Shown here: in pieces, positions 46,692 to 56,373 of the stretch | Layout of the letters: each line of letters opens with the position of its first letter | Numbering within the stretch: the first letter of the stretch is position 1 | Source: Spirochaetales bacterium | GTDB lineage: Bacteria; Spirochaetota; Spirochaetia; JABEVK01 | Reading direction: 5' to 3' | Assembly (NCBI GenBank): GCA_037142615.1 | Contig: JBAXAI010000004.1 | Coordinates: 96,001-160,000 of the forward strand | Length of the DNA stretch: 64,000 nucleotides | Made by a program: the position numbers and the translations under genes | Notes under the pieces: model-generated | What the model saw: only the letters and a program-made list of their open reading frames with translations | What the model was told of the DNA's origin: nothing | Databases searched by the model: none

Positions 46692-48017
46692 ATGGCTACC
46701 CCTCTTTTTGATATTTTCAGAATCAAGGACCTCCGCGACCGAATCTTCTTTACGTTGAGTATTCTGCTGGTGTTCCGTTTGGGCGCCATCCTTCCTATCC
46801 CAGGAATCAACGGTACTGCGCTAAAACTGTATTTCACCCAGCAGCAGTCAAATGGCATCTCGCTGACTGACTACTTTGACTTCTTTTCGGGCGGCGCTTT
46901 CCACAACTTCTCGATCTTCATGATGGGGATCATGCCCTACATTTCGATGTCGATCATCATGCAGTTGATGGTGGTTGTCTTTCCGTCGTTTCGCAAGATT
47001 CAACAGGAAGACGGAGGCAAGAAGAAGATTCACCGCTGGACTCGTATCGGCACAGTGATCGTCTGTATCATCCAGTCCGTCGCCGTAAGCAGCCTGGCGG
47101 CTAGTATTCCAGACGCCATCTACCCGGCACTCAAGGGCCTGCCCTTCATCCTGATGTCGATGTTGGCCGTTACAACGGGGACGATGTTCCTGATGTGGAT
47201 GGGTGAACAGATCAACCAGCGAGGTATTGGGAACGGCATCTCGCTGTTGATCTTCACTGGCATTGTGGCGAGGATTCCCGACGCCATCTACCAGTTGTTT
47301 CAGGCTATCCAGCGTGGCGATTTGAACCCTGTGTTCGTGATCATCGTGTTGTTGCTTTTCGTCGGGGTCATTGCTCTGGTTATTTTTGAGCAGCAGGGAA
47401 TGCGCAAGATTCCTGTTCACTATGCCAAGCGAGTCGTCGGACGCAAAATGTTCGGTGCTCAGAACACCTACATTCCGTTCAAGATGAACCCGTCGGGCGT
47501 CATCCCGATTATCTTCGCATCGAGCCTTCTGATGTTCCCGCTTCAGATTGCAGGGAACTTCGGCTCGTCTGTGCCCTTCTTGGGCGCCGTTGCCAGCTTC
47601 CTTAAGCCCCACGACTGGCCGTATTTGACGCTATACACTGTACTGATCATCTTCTTCGCGTACTTTTACACTCAGGTGTCGCTCAACCCGATCGAGATCT
47701 CGAAACAGATCCGCGAGCACGGTGGTTCGATCCCCGGAATTCGTTCCGAGAAAATGGAAGAGCATTTGACAAGAATCCTCAATCGGATTATTCTTCCGGG
47801 GTCTTTATTCTTGGCCCTGATCGCTGTCATACCGCAATTGATTATCATGTGGATTCCTGGTTTTCCGTCGGCTTTGGCTTATGTGATGGGCGGGACCTCC
47901 CTCCTTATTCTGGTAGGTGTCGATCTGGACACCATGTCCCAGATCGAAGGTCATCTGCGCATGCACCACCATGAAGGCTTTGGCAAGAAAGGCAAGATAA
48001 GGTCCAGGAATCTTTAG
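46692..48017 (+). CDS. secY: Preprotein translocase SecY
   Basis: GIMPYI, GIGNGISL, GVIPIIFA, GGTSLLI; about 10 TM segments. Confidence 0.99.
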   Translation: MATPLFDIFRIKDLRDRIFFTLSILLVFRLGAILPIPGINGTALKLYFTQQQSNGISLTDYFDFFSGGAFHNFSIFMMGIMPYISMSIIMQLMVVVFPSFRKIQQEDGGKKKIHRWTRIGTVIVCIIQSVAVSSLAASIPDAIYPALKGLPFILMSMLAVTTGTMFLMWMGEQINQRGIGNGISLLIFTGIVARIPDAIYQLFQAIQRGDLNPVFVIIVLLLFVGVIALVIFEQQGMRKIPVHYAKRVVGRKMFGAQNTYIPFKMNPSGVIPIIFASSLLMFPLQIAGNFGSSVPFLGAVASFLKPHDWPYLTLYTVLIIFFAYFYTQVSLNPIEISKQIREHGGSIPGIRSEKMEEHLTRILNRIILPGSLFLALIAVIPQLIIMWIPGFPSALAYVMGGTSLLILVGVDLDTMSQIEGHLRMHHHEGFGKKGKIRSRNL

Positions 48018-48026
48018 GAGAGACCC

Positions 48027-48143
48027 ATGAAAGTACGTGTCAGCGTGAAACCAATTTGTGACAACTGCAAGGTCATCCGCCGTCGTGGCGTGCTGAGAAT
48101 CATCTGCAGCACCAACCCCAAGCACAAACAGAGACAAGGATAA
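48027..48143 (+). CDS. rpmJ: 50S ribosomal protein L36 (not in the ORF track)
   Basis: [38 protein letters not shown]. Confidence 0.98.
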   Translation: MKVRVSVKPICDNCKVIRRRGVLRIICSTNPKHKQRQG

Positions 48144-48155
48144 GGGACTAGAACC

Positions 48156-48521
48156 ATGGCAAGAATTGCAGGTATTGACCTACCTAACAAGCACGTCGAG
48201 ATCGCTCTGACGTACATTTATGGCATCGGACGTTCCCGGGCCTTGGAGATCTGCGGTAAGACAAAGATCAATCCATCGAAGAAGACGAACGACCTGAATC
48301 AGGAAGAAGTGAATGAACTCCGGAAGGTCATCGAAAATGACTACACGGTTGAAGGCCGCCTCCGATCTGAAGTATCGCTGAACATCAAACGTTTGATGGA
48401 CATCGGTTGCTACCGGGGACTGCGTCACCGCAAGGGCCTACCCGTGCGAGGACAGCGGACCAAGACCAATGCCCGTACTCGCAAGGGTAAGCGCAAGACC
48501 GTCGCGAACAAGAAGAAGTAA
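48156..48521 (+). CDS. rpsM: 30S ribosomal protein S13
   Basis: [23 protein letters not shown]. Confidence 0.99.
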   Translation: MARIAGIDLPNKHVEIALTYIYGIGRSRALEICGKTKINPSKKTNDLNQEEVNELRKVIENDYTVEGRLRSEVSLNIKRLMDIGCYRGLRHRKGLPVRGQRTKTNARTRKGKRKTVANKKK

Positions 48522-48535
48522 TCGGGGGAACTATT

Positions 48536-48916
48536 TTGGCTAAGGCTAAGAAGAAGAAAGAAAAGAAGGTCGTTTTTGAAGGCAATGTCTTCATTCAGGC
48601 GACGTTCAACAATACCATCGTGACTGTGACCGACCTCCGAGGAAACGCCTTGTCGTGGTCCTCGGCTGGTGGTCTCGGTTTCCGCGGTGCGAAGAAGTCC
48701 ACCCCGTTTGCTGCACAGACAACAGCGGAAAATGCCGCCAACAAAGCCAAAGAATATGGTTTGCGCGAGGTCCACGTGTTCGTAAAGGGGCCAGGAGTTG
48801 GTCGTGAGTCGGCGATCCGCTCTCTGGGCGCTCTGGGATTGCGGGTGAAGAGTATTCACGACGTAACACCTATTCCCCACAACGGTTGTCGCCCCCGCAA
48901 AAGCCGCCGCGTCTGA
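48536..48916 (+). CDS. rpsK: 30S ribosomal protein S11
   Basis: [25 protein letters not shown]; TTG start. Confidence 0.99.
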   Translation: MAKAKKKKEKKVVFEGNVFIQATFNNTIVTVTDLRGNALSWSSAGGLGFRGAKKSTPFAAQTTAENAANKAKEYGLREVHVFVKGPGVGRESAIRSLGALGLRVKSIHDVTPIPHNGCRPRKSRRV

Positions 48917-49049
48917 CTGAAACCCTTCGGGGCTACAGCACGCATCGGTCGTAACGCCGGAGTCGATTTCGGTGCCCGCCGTCTGGTCCCCTTGACCGGC
49001 GTCGAGCATGGTATGAGACGACCCTGGGCGTACGTTTCAAGGAGAACAC

Positions 49050-50096
49050 ATGGCGAGAAAGAACCTTTTGAAAGGCTTCAAGCGGCCTAAGGGCCTGCAC
49101 TTTGAGCAGAGTGATCTGCAACCGAACTACGGCAAGTTTATCGCATACCCTTTCGAAAGGGGTTATGGACACACCATTGGAAACACCCTTCGCCGCATCC
49201 TGCTGTCGTCGATCCAGGGCTATGCCGTGTCTGGAATCCGGATTACCTCTTACCGTGAGGATGGTACGCCACACCTGATTTCCAACGAGTTCGAATCGAT
49301 CCCGGAAGTGGTTGAAGACACTCCTGTCATCCTTGCCAACCTCAAGAATCTTCAGATTCATGTCGCCGACGAGCTTGAGTCTACCGTAATTCTCGTCGAG
49401 GTTAAGGGGAAGGATCAGGGCTTCATTTCAGGCTCTGACTTGTGCGTCAGCGGTGTGGAAGTGGTCAATAAAGACCTCCATATTGCCACCTTGACAGGCA
49501 AAGCGCACATTGAGTTGGAACTTCAGATTGATCTTGGCAGGGGCTACGTTCCGGCGGAGGTCCACGAGAAGAATATTGAGATTGCGAATACCATTGCGCT
49601 TGATTCCATTTACTCGCCTATCAAGAAAGTGAAGTATTCGGTCGAGGACACCCGCGTGGGGCAGCGTGCCGATTACGACAAATTGAATCTAGAAATCTGG
49701 ACCGATGGAACCATCAGTCCAGAAAATGCGCTGGCCGAAGCCGCCAAGATCGCCAAGGATCATTTCAGCATCTTCATCAACTTCAATGAGGACGATGTAT
49801 CTGGCGACGAAGAGATCAGCGAAGACGAGGTTTCGGTGAAGGCCTTGGTCAACACTCCTGTCGAGGATCTCGAGTTGTCGGTTCGCTCAAGCAATTGTCT
49901 GAAGAACGCCAACATCAAGACGATCGGTGAACTCATTCGAAAGTCCGAAGAAGACATTGCGAAGACGAGGAACTTTGGGAAGAAGAGCTTGGAAGAGATC
50001 AAACTGAAACTCAAGGAACGGAACTTGACGTTCGGCATGACAGATACGAGCCAGATCATCCAGGCTTTGAAATTGACCAAGCAGGATAAGGAATAA
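49050..50096 (+). CDS. rpoA: RNA polymerase alpha subunit
   Basis: [29 protein letters not shown]. Confidence 0.99.
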   Translation: MARKNLLKGFKRPKGLHFEQSDLQPNYGKFIAYPFERGYGHTIGNTLRRILLSSIQGYAVSGIRITSYREDGTPHLISNEFESIPEVVEDTPVILANLKNLQIHVADELESTVILVEVKGKDQGFISGSDLCVSGVEVVNKDLHIATLTGKAHIELELQIDLGRGYVPAEVHEKNIEIANTIALDSIYSPIKKVKYSVEDTRVGQRADYDKLNLEIWTDGTISPENALAEAAKIAKDHFSIFINFNEDDVSGDEEISEDEVSVKALVNTPVEDLELSVRSSNCLKNANIKTIGELIRKSEEDIAKTRNFGKKSLEEIKLKLKERNLTFGMTDTSQIIQALKLTKQDKE

Positions 50097-50099
50097 GCT

Positions 50100-50639
50100 A
50101 TGAACAACAAGACGGGTTTCAACCGTTTGAACCGCCGGGCCGGACACCGCAGAGCCCTGGTCAAGAACATGGTCACCTCGCTGTTCGTCCATGAACGCAT
50201 CACGACTACGAAGTCGAAAGCGTTGGAAGTACGACGTCACGCCGAGAAGATGGTGACCCGAGCAAAAGTGGACTCTGTGCATAATCGCCGAGAGATTGCC
50301 AAGACGATTACCCAAGACGATGTGCTGGTGAAACTATTCACCGTGCTCGGCCCGCGGTTCAAGACCCGCGCCGGTGGTTACACCCGTATCCTAAAGCTTG
50401 GTCAGCGGTTCGGCGATGCAGCCGAAATGGTCATCCTTGAGTTTGTGGAAAGGACCGAGAAACTGGAAGCCGCCCCCGTCGAGGATGGCAAGTCCAAGAA
50501 GGCTGCGACCAAGCCTGTCGCCGAAAAGGCTTCAAAGGCCAAGGCCGCTTCTGGCGAAGCGAAGAAGGCCGCACCGGCAAAGAAGGCCGCGCCAGCAAAG
50601 AAGGCCGCACCCAAGAAAGCGTCGGCAACCGCCGAATAA
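50100..50639 (+). CDS. rplQ: 50S ribosomal protein L17 with Lys/Ala-rich C-terminal tail
   Basis: [22 protein letters not shown]. Confidence 0.98.
   Translation: MNNKTGFNRLNRRAGHRRALVKNMVTSLFVHERITTTKSKALEVRRHAEKMVTRAKVDSVHNRREIAKTITQDDVLVKLFTVLGPRFKTRAGGYTRILKLGQRFGDAAEMVILEFVERTEKLEAAPVEDGKSKKAATKPVAEKASKAKAASGEAKKAAPAKKAAPAKKAAPKKASATAE
50559..50612 (+). repeat. 18-bp coding tandem repeat x3 (AKKAAP)
   Basis: GCRAAGAAGGCCGCRCCN three times within the rplQ tail. Confidence 0.85.
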
Positions 50640-50672
50640 GTTCAATCCTTCGGTTTTTTGCGCCGAACATAG

Positions 50673-50706
50673 AGGAGGTACACCTGTGGGTGGGCCTCCT
50701 TTTTTT
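50673..50706 (+). terminator. Intrinsic terminator at the end of the alpha operon
   Basis: AGGAGGTACAC...GTGGGCCTCCT followed by a T-run. Confidence 0.8.
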
Positions 50707-53223
50707 ATGTCAACCGGAAAACGCTTCTCTATCAGCCTACTAATCTCAATCGTCCTGTTCACGGGCTTTTCATTTGTGGCGTTCTCCGGCCTCTTCCCCT
50801 GGCTCGAAGTCCAGTTCTACAGTCCGAAGATCGTCGGCGATCTGCAGGCTCAGCTCAGTGTCGCCGAAGCGCAGATCAAGGACTGGGAGGCGCTGCAGGT
50901 CAGCAAGTTCCGTTTGCTCCTGGCGGACCCGTCGTTTGCCGGCGTCTATTCCCCGACCTTTGACCGAAAACGCTACGACACGGCCAAGTTGTACCTTCAG
51001 GGGCAAAAGCTGGGTGGTGCGGTACGTATTTTGGACGCCACCAAGGAGAAGCTTCACTTCTCGACGGTGGACCGGGACTTTGCCAGCAAAAGCGACCAGA
51101 AAGCCATTTACCGAAACTACATTGAACTGCTCGCCGACCCGGCAAACACCGAAGACCTTCCGGTCCTGGCGACCCAAGACCTGAGCGGAATTGTCTCGCG
51201 CGTATTTGTAGGCCCTCAGGGGCGCATGTTACAGTTCCTCGTTCCGTTCACCGATGCGAAAAGCAACCAGACGGGTTGGGCCCTTCTGGACCTGCCCGTC
51301 GAGGATCTACGACTGAGTCTTCTCGAGAAAGCAAGCCCGCTTGCCTCGCAAACCTTGCTGATGCCTACAGCCGAGGTGGCCTTGTTCTGGATGACCAACC
51401 ACCCAGAGTCCGCAGTCTTGGAGCGGGTCAAGGCACAAGTCAAAGCGGGAATCCTTCCGCCGGTGCAGCGTCTGGCGCAGGCTGCTGGCTACCAGGGTGC
51501 CAGCTCCGGCCGCGAGACCCTCACACTCGTGGCCAAGAACTCCGCAACGATTCTCGTTCCAGATTCCTTGTTGACTTTAGACTCGAGTTTGAAGGCCATC
51601 GTCCTGATTGCCTTCTTCACTGTTGTTTTTCTGGTCAGCTTTCTGCTTTTCAACCTCAGGGGCGACCCGGTCTCCGTTGTCGCGGCGCAGATCCGGCGCC
51701 TTCAGATTCAGGTTCTTCAGAACTACCTCGATGACAAGAACCAGGAGAAAATTCAGAGCCTCCGTGAAGAGTTGGTGACGCACTCCGCTGAAATCAAACG
51801 TGACATCCGAAGGAACCTCGGTCGCGTTCGAAAACGCGACGCAAGTGCCATTGACGGGTTCATCGAGAAGAACTGGCAGGAGATCCTTGACCTACTCGAC
51901 AAGCGGGCGCCCGAAGCACCACCCGGCTCACCGCCGGTACAGGAACCAAGCATTACCTTGGGCGAGTTCAGGCAACTGCTGCAGGAAGTCCTGCGTAGTT
52001 TGCCTGTCGGTGTTTCAAGGGCGAGTGCTGTTTCCCCGGTCCACAAACCTACTGCCGCTGAACCCGAGGAGCTGGACGAAGTCGAAGAGCTGGACGAGGT
52101 CGAAGAGCTGGACGAAGTCGAGGAGCTGGACGAAGTCGAGGAGCTGGACGAGGTCGAGGAGCTGGACGAGGTCGAAGAACAGACCGAGGTTGAGGACGCC
52201 GAAGCGGTGGAGGACCTGGAAGACGCTGAGGCTGTCGAAGAACTCATCGACGAAGTCGAGCCGGTGGAAGTAGCCGGAACTCCACCTGCCGAAGACGCCG
52301 CGGAAGTCCTTTCCGAGGAAGCCGAGGAGCTAGAAGAACTTGAGGAGGCCGACATGGAAGCGGAAGACGCGGAACTCCTGGAAGATCTTCCCACCCATAA
52401 TGCCTCAGGGGACCACTTCTTGGGTTACAATACACAACAACAGGATGGGCCACTGGCAATGCTGGAAGTTCAGGATGATGCGGACGATGCTGGACTAGAA
52501 GAGCTCGAAGAACTCGACGACCTCGAAGAACTGGCCGAAGACGAAACCGGGCCAACTTACATGAACTCCAGCCTGTCAATGGACACACTAGATCAGGCTT
52601 GGGCTCTACGAGCCGAGGCTGTCTTCCAAAACGATGGGGATGTCGTCTCGTTGCGTGACGAGCTCTTCGCCGAAGCTGAAACTCCCGACGACGAGCTAAG
52701 TCATCTTCTTGGCGGGGTGATCGGCGATGAGCCGCAGGCCTTCATGATGTCTGAGGACCAGGACGTCCCCGTCACGGTTAGTCGCGCCTGGCGTTGGTCC
52801 GGGGCCGGCTTCGAATGGGAACGCTTCGCTGGGGGGGAATCGGAAGTTGAGCTTTTCCGTGCGCTTTCCGATGCCGTCACCGCGTTTGACGCGTTCACTG
52901 CGGCCATCCTGGCCCGTGAGGGTGATGTCTGGAAAGCCAGCAGCAGCGTTGGCTTCAGCGACTCGGGCAAGCTTGGTCTTGTCTTTGCCTCCGATAAAGC
53001 ACTTGGGCGAGACTACCTTTCGCGCCGGGAACTGCATGTTCTGGGAGGTGGAGGCGCCAACCCGATTCTGCGAGAGGCCTTCCACATCAAGGACCTCAAG
53101 TTCCTCAAGACTATCCTTTGCGTTCCATTGCTGTTCCGCCGGGAGCCTGCCTGGCTTCTTCTCGGCTTGAGGCGCGATCCGGGCGACCTGCTTAAGATCC
53201 TCGAACCCCGTACGATTTCGTGA
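50707..53223 (+). CDS. Hypothetical two-TM membrane protein with long acidic repeat linker and GAF-like C-terminus
   Basis: N-terminal TM, extracytoplasmic region, second TM (AIVLIAFFTVVFLVSFLLF), coiled region, D/E-rich tract; start ATG 50707 or GTG 50686. Confidence 0.8.
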   Translation: MSTGKRFSISLLISIVLFTGFSFVAFSGLFPWLEVQFYSPKIVGDLQAQLSVAEAQIKDWEALQVSKFRLLLADPSFAGVYSPTFDRKRYDTAKLYLQGQKLGGAVRILDATKEKLHFSTVDRDFASKSDQKAIYRNYIELLADPANTEDLPVLATQDLSGIVSRVFVGPQGRMLQFLVPFTDAKSNQTGWALLDLPVEDLRLSLLEKASPLASQTLLMPTAEVALFWMTNHPESAVLERVKAQVKAGILPPVQRLAQAAGYQGASSGRETLTLVAKNSATILVPDSLLTLDSSLKAIVLIAFFTVVFLVSFLLFNLRGDPVSVVAAQIRRLQIQVLQNYLDDKNQEKIQSLREELVTHSAEIKRDIRRNLGRVRKRDASAIDGFIEKNWQEILDLLDKRAPEAPPGSPPVQEPSITLGEFRQLLQEVLRSLPVGVSRASAVSPVHKPTAAEPEELDEVEELDEVEELDEVEELDEVEELDEVEELDEVEEQTEVEDAEAVEDLEDAEAVEELIDEVEPVEVAGTPPAEDAAEVLSEEAEELEELEEADMEAEDAELLEDLPTHNASGDHFLGYNTQQQDGPLAMLEVQDDADDAGLEELEELDDLEELAEDETGPTYMNSSLSMDTLDQAWALRAEAVFQNDGDVVSLRDELFAEAETPDDELSHLLGGVIGDEPQAFMMSEDQDVPVTVSRAWRWSGAGFEWERFAGGESEVELFRALSDAVTAFDAFTAAILAREGDVWKASSSVGFSDSGKLGLVFASDKALGRDYLSRRELHVLGGGGANPILREAFHIKDLKFLKTILCVPLLFRREPAWLLLGLRRDPGDLLKILEPRTIS
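52066..52173 (+). repeat. 18-bp coding tandem repeat x6 (EELDEV)
   Basis: GARGAGCTGGACGARGTC six times, differing only at synonymous positions. Confidence 0.95.
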
Positions 53224-53246
53224 TCGCAGACGGCAAGGTCTAGCCA

Positions 53247-53275
53247 TTGCCCAGATGAATGAGATGTAATATACT
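53247..53275 (+). promoter_or_regulatory. Sigma70 promoter for rny
   Basis: TTGCCC-17bp-TATACT. Confidence 0.7.
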
Positions 53276-53306
53276 ATCACAAAGAAAAATCAACAGAGGA
53301 GAGTCT

Positions 53307-54839
53307 ATGGAAACCATCATTACGGGTATCCTGGCACTCTCTGCGGGTCTTTTGTTAGGTTGGACGATACGCTGGCTGTACGCCAAATACCAACTTTCTT
53401 CTTCGGAGCAGAAAGCTGAACGAGTAAAGCAGGAAGCTATCAAAGATGCTGAGAACAAGCGCAAGGAAATGTTGCTGGAGACCAAAGACCAGCTACTGCG
53501 CGATCGCAACACTCAAGAACGGGACCTCCGGGACCGCCGAGCAGAGTTGCAGAAGTTCGAAAAGCGTCTTCAGCAGAAAGAAGATAACCTAGAAAAGAAA
53601 CTGCAGGGTGTGGAAGATCAGATTACGTCGTTTACTCAGAAAGAGCAGCTGCTTGTAGATCGTAACGGCGAGCTTGACAACCGAGAAGTGTTCATCAAGA
53701 CGGAAATTGAACGAATCTCGGGACTTACTGCGGAAGAAGCCAAGCGCATGATTGTCCAGAAGATGGAGAATGACGCCAAACACGACGCCCAGTTCATCAT
53801 CAACAAGATCGAACAGGAAGCCGTGACCTCGGCCGAAAAACGTGCGCGCGACATTTTGGTGACGACATTGCAGCGGGTGGCCACCGAGGTGACTTCCGAA
53901 GTGACCGTGACCTCGGTCAGCCTGCCCAACGAGGAAATGAAGGGCCGCATCATTGGGCGCGAAGGGCGCAACATTCGTACTCTTGAAACCCTTACCGGCG
54001 TGGACGTCATCATCGACGATACACCAGAAGCCGTGGTGATCAGTTGCTTCGACCCCATCCGCAAGGTGATTGCCAAGACTTCGCTGGAGCGCCTGATTCA
54101 GGATGGACGCATTCACCCGGCACGCATCGAGGAAGTCGTCAATAAGGTCGCCAAAGAGATCAACCAGATGATCTTCGAAGAAGGCGAGCGGGTTTGCTTT
54201 GATCTGGGAATTCACAACCTGACACCAGAACTGGTGAAAGCCTTGGGTCGGTTGCACTTCCGGACCAGCTACGGTCAGAACGTGTTGGCACATTCCAAGG
54301 AAGTGGCCATCCTCGCCGGCATGCTGGCCGCCGAAATCGGCCTCGACCGCGACCTGGCCCGCCGCTCGGCGCTACTGCACGACATTGGCAAGGGCATGGA
54401 ATCGGAAGGCGACGAGAACCACGCTGAACTCGGCGCGGAACTGGCCAAGAAGATGGGCGAAGACCCGCGTGTCGTGAACGGCATTGCTGCCCACCACAAC
54501 GACTTGGAGCCGAGTTGCCCCGAGTCGGTGCTGGTGCAGATCGCTGACGCGATTTCGGCCAGTCGTCCCGGTGCCCGCCGTGAAACCCTCGACAATTACA
54601 TCAAGCGCTTGGAAGGACTGGAGCAGATCGCCAACAGCTTCCCGGGCGTCGATAAGACCTACGCCATCCAGGCGGGACGTGAAGTGCGGATTATCGTCAA
54701 CAACGAAACCGTCAACGACGCCCAAGCCCGCGAGCTGGCCAAGGATATCGCCAAGAAGATCGAGAACGACCTGCATTACCCGGGGCGAATCAAGGTCACC
54801 ATCATCCGTGAAACCCGCGTGGTCGAGTATGCCCGTTGA
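53307..54839 (+). CDS. rny: Ribonuclease Y
   Basis: N-terminal TM, coiled coil, KH domain (KGRIIGREGRNIR), HD domain (LLHDIGK), ADAISASRPGAR. Confidence 0.98.
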   Translation: METIITGILALSAGLLLGWTIRWLYAKYQLSSSEQKAERVKQEAIKDAENKRKEMLLETKDQLLRDRNTQERDLRDRRAELQKFEKRLQQKEDNLEKKLQGVEDQITSFTQKEQLLVDRNGELDNREVFIKTEIERISGLTAEEAKRMIVQKMENDAKHDAQFIINKIEQEAVTSAEKRARDILVTTLQRVATEVTSEVTVTSVSLPNEEMKGRIIGREGRNIRTLETLTGVDVIIDDTPEAVVISCFDPIRKVIAKTSLERLIQDGRIHPARIEEVVNKVAKEINQMIFEEGERVCFDLGIHNLTPELVKALGRLHFRTSYGQNVLAHSKEVAILAGMLAAEIGLDRDLARRSALLHDIGKGMESEGDENHAELGAELAKKMGEDPRVVNGIAAHHNDLEPSCPESVLVQIADAISASRPGARRETLDNYIKRLEGLEQIANSFPGVDKTYAIQAGREVRIIVNNETVNDAQARELAKDIAKKIENDLHYPGRIKVTIIRETRVVEYAR

Positions 54840-54844
54840 CGCCT

Positions 54845-55654
54845 ATGCCCGTTAGTTCGGGAACGGACGACCGACCTTTTGTGGCCCTGATGTTTGGAGA
54901 CCTGGTTGGGTCTCCGGGCTTCGGGGCCTTTTTGTCGGCATTGCCCGCGTTGGTGGCAGAACACGGAGCCGATTTCGTGGTCGTCAACGCCGAGAATGCT
55001 GCTTCCGACGGTCTGGGTCTGTTGCCCGGGCAGGTCAGTGACCTGCTGGGTGCCGGGGTGGATGTGATCACGACTGGGAACCACATCTGGGAGAAGAAAG
55101 AGATCTTGCCTCTCTTGGCAAGCGAGGCGCGCCTGCTTCGGCCGGACAACTACCCATCAGGTTTGCCCGGCACGGGTCTGGCCGTCGTAACAGCACGCTC
55201 GGGCGACCGGGTCGCGGTAGTTAATCTGCAAGGCCGGACGCGACTGGCGATCATCGATGATCCTTTTCCTCGTGCCAAAGAACTCGTGGCGCGTGCCAAG
55301 GCCGAAGCCGCGCTGATCTTTGTCGACTTCCACGCCGAGGCGCCCGACGAAAAGGAGGCCTTCGGCTTCTGGCTCGACGGACTGGTCACCGCCGTGGTTG
55401 GCACCCATACGCACGTGGCGACGGCCGACGAAAGACTGTTACCTGCAGGAACTGCCTACCTTTCCGACCTCGGGATGTGTGGCCCCGAGGGCTCTGTCAT
55501 CGGTGGCGACCCTCAGATCAGCCTGGAGCGGTCGCTGACCCTTGTGCCGCTGCGCTCCGAGATTCTCGAGGCGCCGGGGCGGGTGCGTGGCGTGGTGATC
55601 CGGGCAGACCGGAACACTGGCTTGGCGCGGAGCATTGTCCGCTTGGAACGATGA
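54845..55654 (+). CDS. ymdB: TIGR00282/YmdB-family metallophosphoesterase
   Basis: GDLVG, NAENAA, TTGNH.W, DFHAEA, GTHTHV, DLGM.G; follows rny (alternative start TTG 54836). Confidence 0.9.
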   Translation: MPVSSGTDDRPFVALMFGDLVGSPGFGAFLSALPALVAEHGADFVVVNAENAASDGLGLLPGQVSDLLGAGVDVITTGNHIWEKKEILPLLASEARLLRPDNYPSGLPGTGLAVVTARSGDRVAVVNLQGRTRLAIIDDPFPRAKELVARAKAEAALIFVDFHAEAPDEKEAFGFWLDGLVTAVVGTHTHVATADERLLPAGTAYLSDLGMCGPEGSVIGGDPQISLERSLTLVPLRSEILEAPGRVRGVVIRADRNTGLARSIVRLER

Positions 55655-56373
55655 AGCCTAGGGGCCAAGCCCTGCTCGACCTGCTGGTGCGCTTGTACCC
55701 TGAGCAGGAACGGGAGCGGCTTTTTTCGCGAATCCTCTGCGGTGAAGTGCAGGTGGACGGCAGCACGCTGAAAGATCCAAAAGTCCCGGTTCCCTCCGAC
55801 GCCGAAGTGGTTCTTTCAGCGCGGAAGTTCGTGAGCCGGGGAGGCTTCAAACTCGATCCGGTGCTTGAAGCTTGGAACTTGCCGGTTAAGGGGCAGGTGT
55901 TTCTCGATGCCGGCTCCTCGACCGGTGGCTTCACCGATGCGCTGTTGCAACGAGGCGCTTTGCTGGTGCACGCGGTCGACGTTGGAACCGCGCAGTTGGA
56001 CTGGAAACTCCGCAGTGACGCGCGGGTGCGGGTGCACGAAGGCACCAACGTGATGTCCTTGAGTTCGCTCGATCCCCCTCCGGATGCCGCCGTAGCCGAT
56101 CTTTCGTTCCGTTCACTTCGTGGCGCGGCCCGGAAGATCCTCGAATTGACGACCGGTGGCTGGCTCGTCGCTCTGGTGAAGCCGCAATTCGAATGGGTTG
56201 GAGCCCCTGCTGACTTTACCGGTATTGTGCCAGAAGAGCAGGTAGCCGCCATCTTGGCCTCGCTGCAAACAGACCTGGTTGGTGAAGGGGTCTGGGTTCA
56301 GGCTTGGCAAGCCTCTTCGCTGCGCGGGCGTAAGGGAAACCAAGAGTACCTCGCCTGGCTGACGCTGAGTTAG
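55651..56373 (+). CDS. tlyA: TlyA-family rRNA methyltransferase
   Basis: S4 domain, FVSRGGFKL, LDAGSSTGGFTD, DLSF.SL, LVKPQFE, GNQEY. Confidence 0.93.
   Translation: MKPRGQALLDLLVRLYPEQERERLFSRILCGEVQVDGSTLKDPKVPVPSDAEVVLSARKFVSRGGFKLDPVLEAWNLPVKGQVFLDAGSSTGGFTDALLQRGALLVHAVDVGTAQLDWKLRSDARVRVHEGTNVMSLSSLDPPPDAAVADLSFRSLRGAARKILELTTGGWLVALVKPQFEWVGAPADFTGIVPEEQVAAILASLQTDLVGEGVWVQAWQASSLRGRKGNQEYLAWLTLS

Noticed and set aside
48992-49020. TTGACC as an internal rpoA promoter
   Set aside because: No acceptable -10 hexamer at 16-18 bp spacing; the bases are better explained as a stem arm
52066-52173. Tandem repeats as a CRISPR array
   Set aside because: Contiguous 18-bp in-frame coding units with no spacers and no cas genes
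53224-53306. zapA/6S RNA often found upstream of rny
   Set aside because: The gap is only 83 bp and is occupied by a promoter and SD
36400-54000. Apparently lower GC at third codon positions through tuf-S10-spc-alpha as horizontal transfer
   Set aside because: Not quantified; core, syntenic, highly expressed genes with no mobility signatures, so expression-linked codon bias is the simpler explanation
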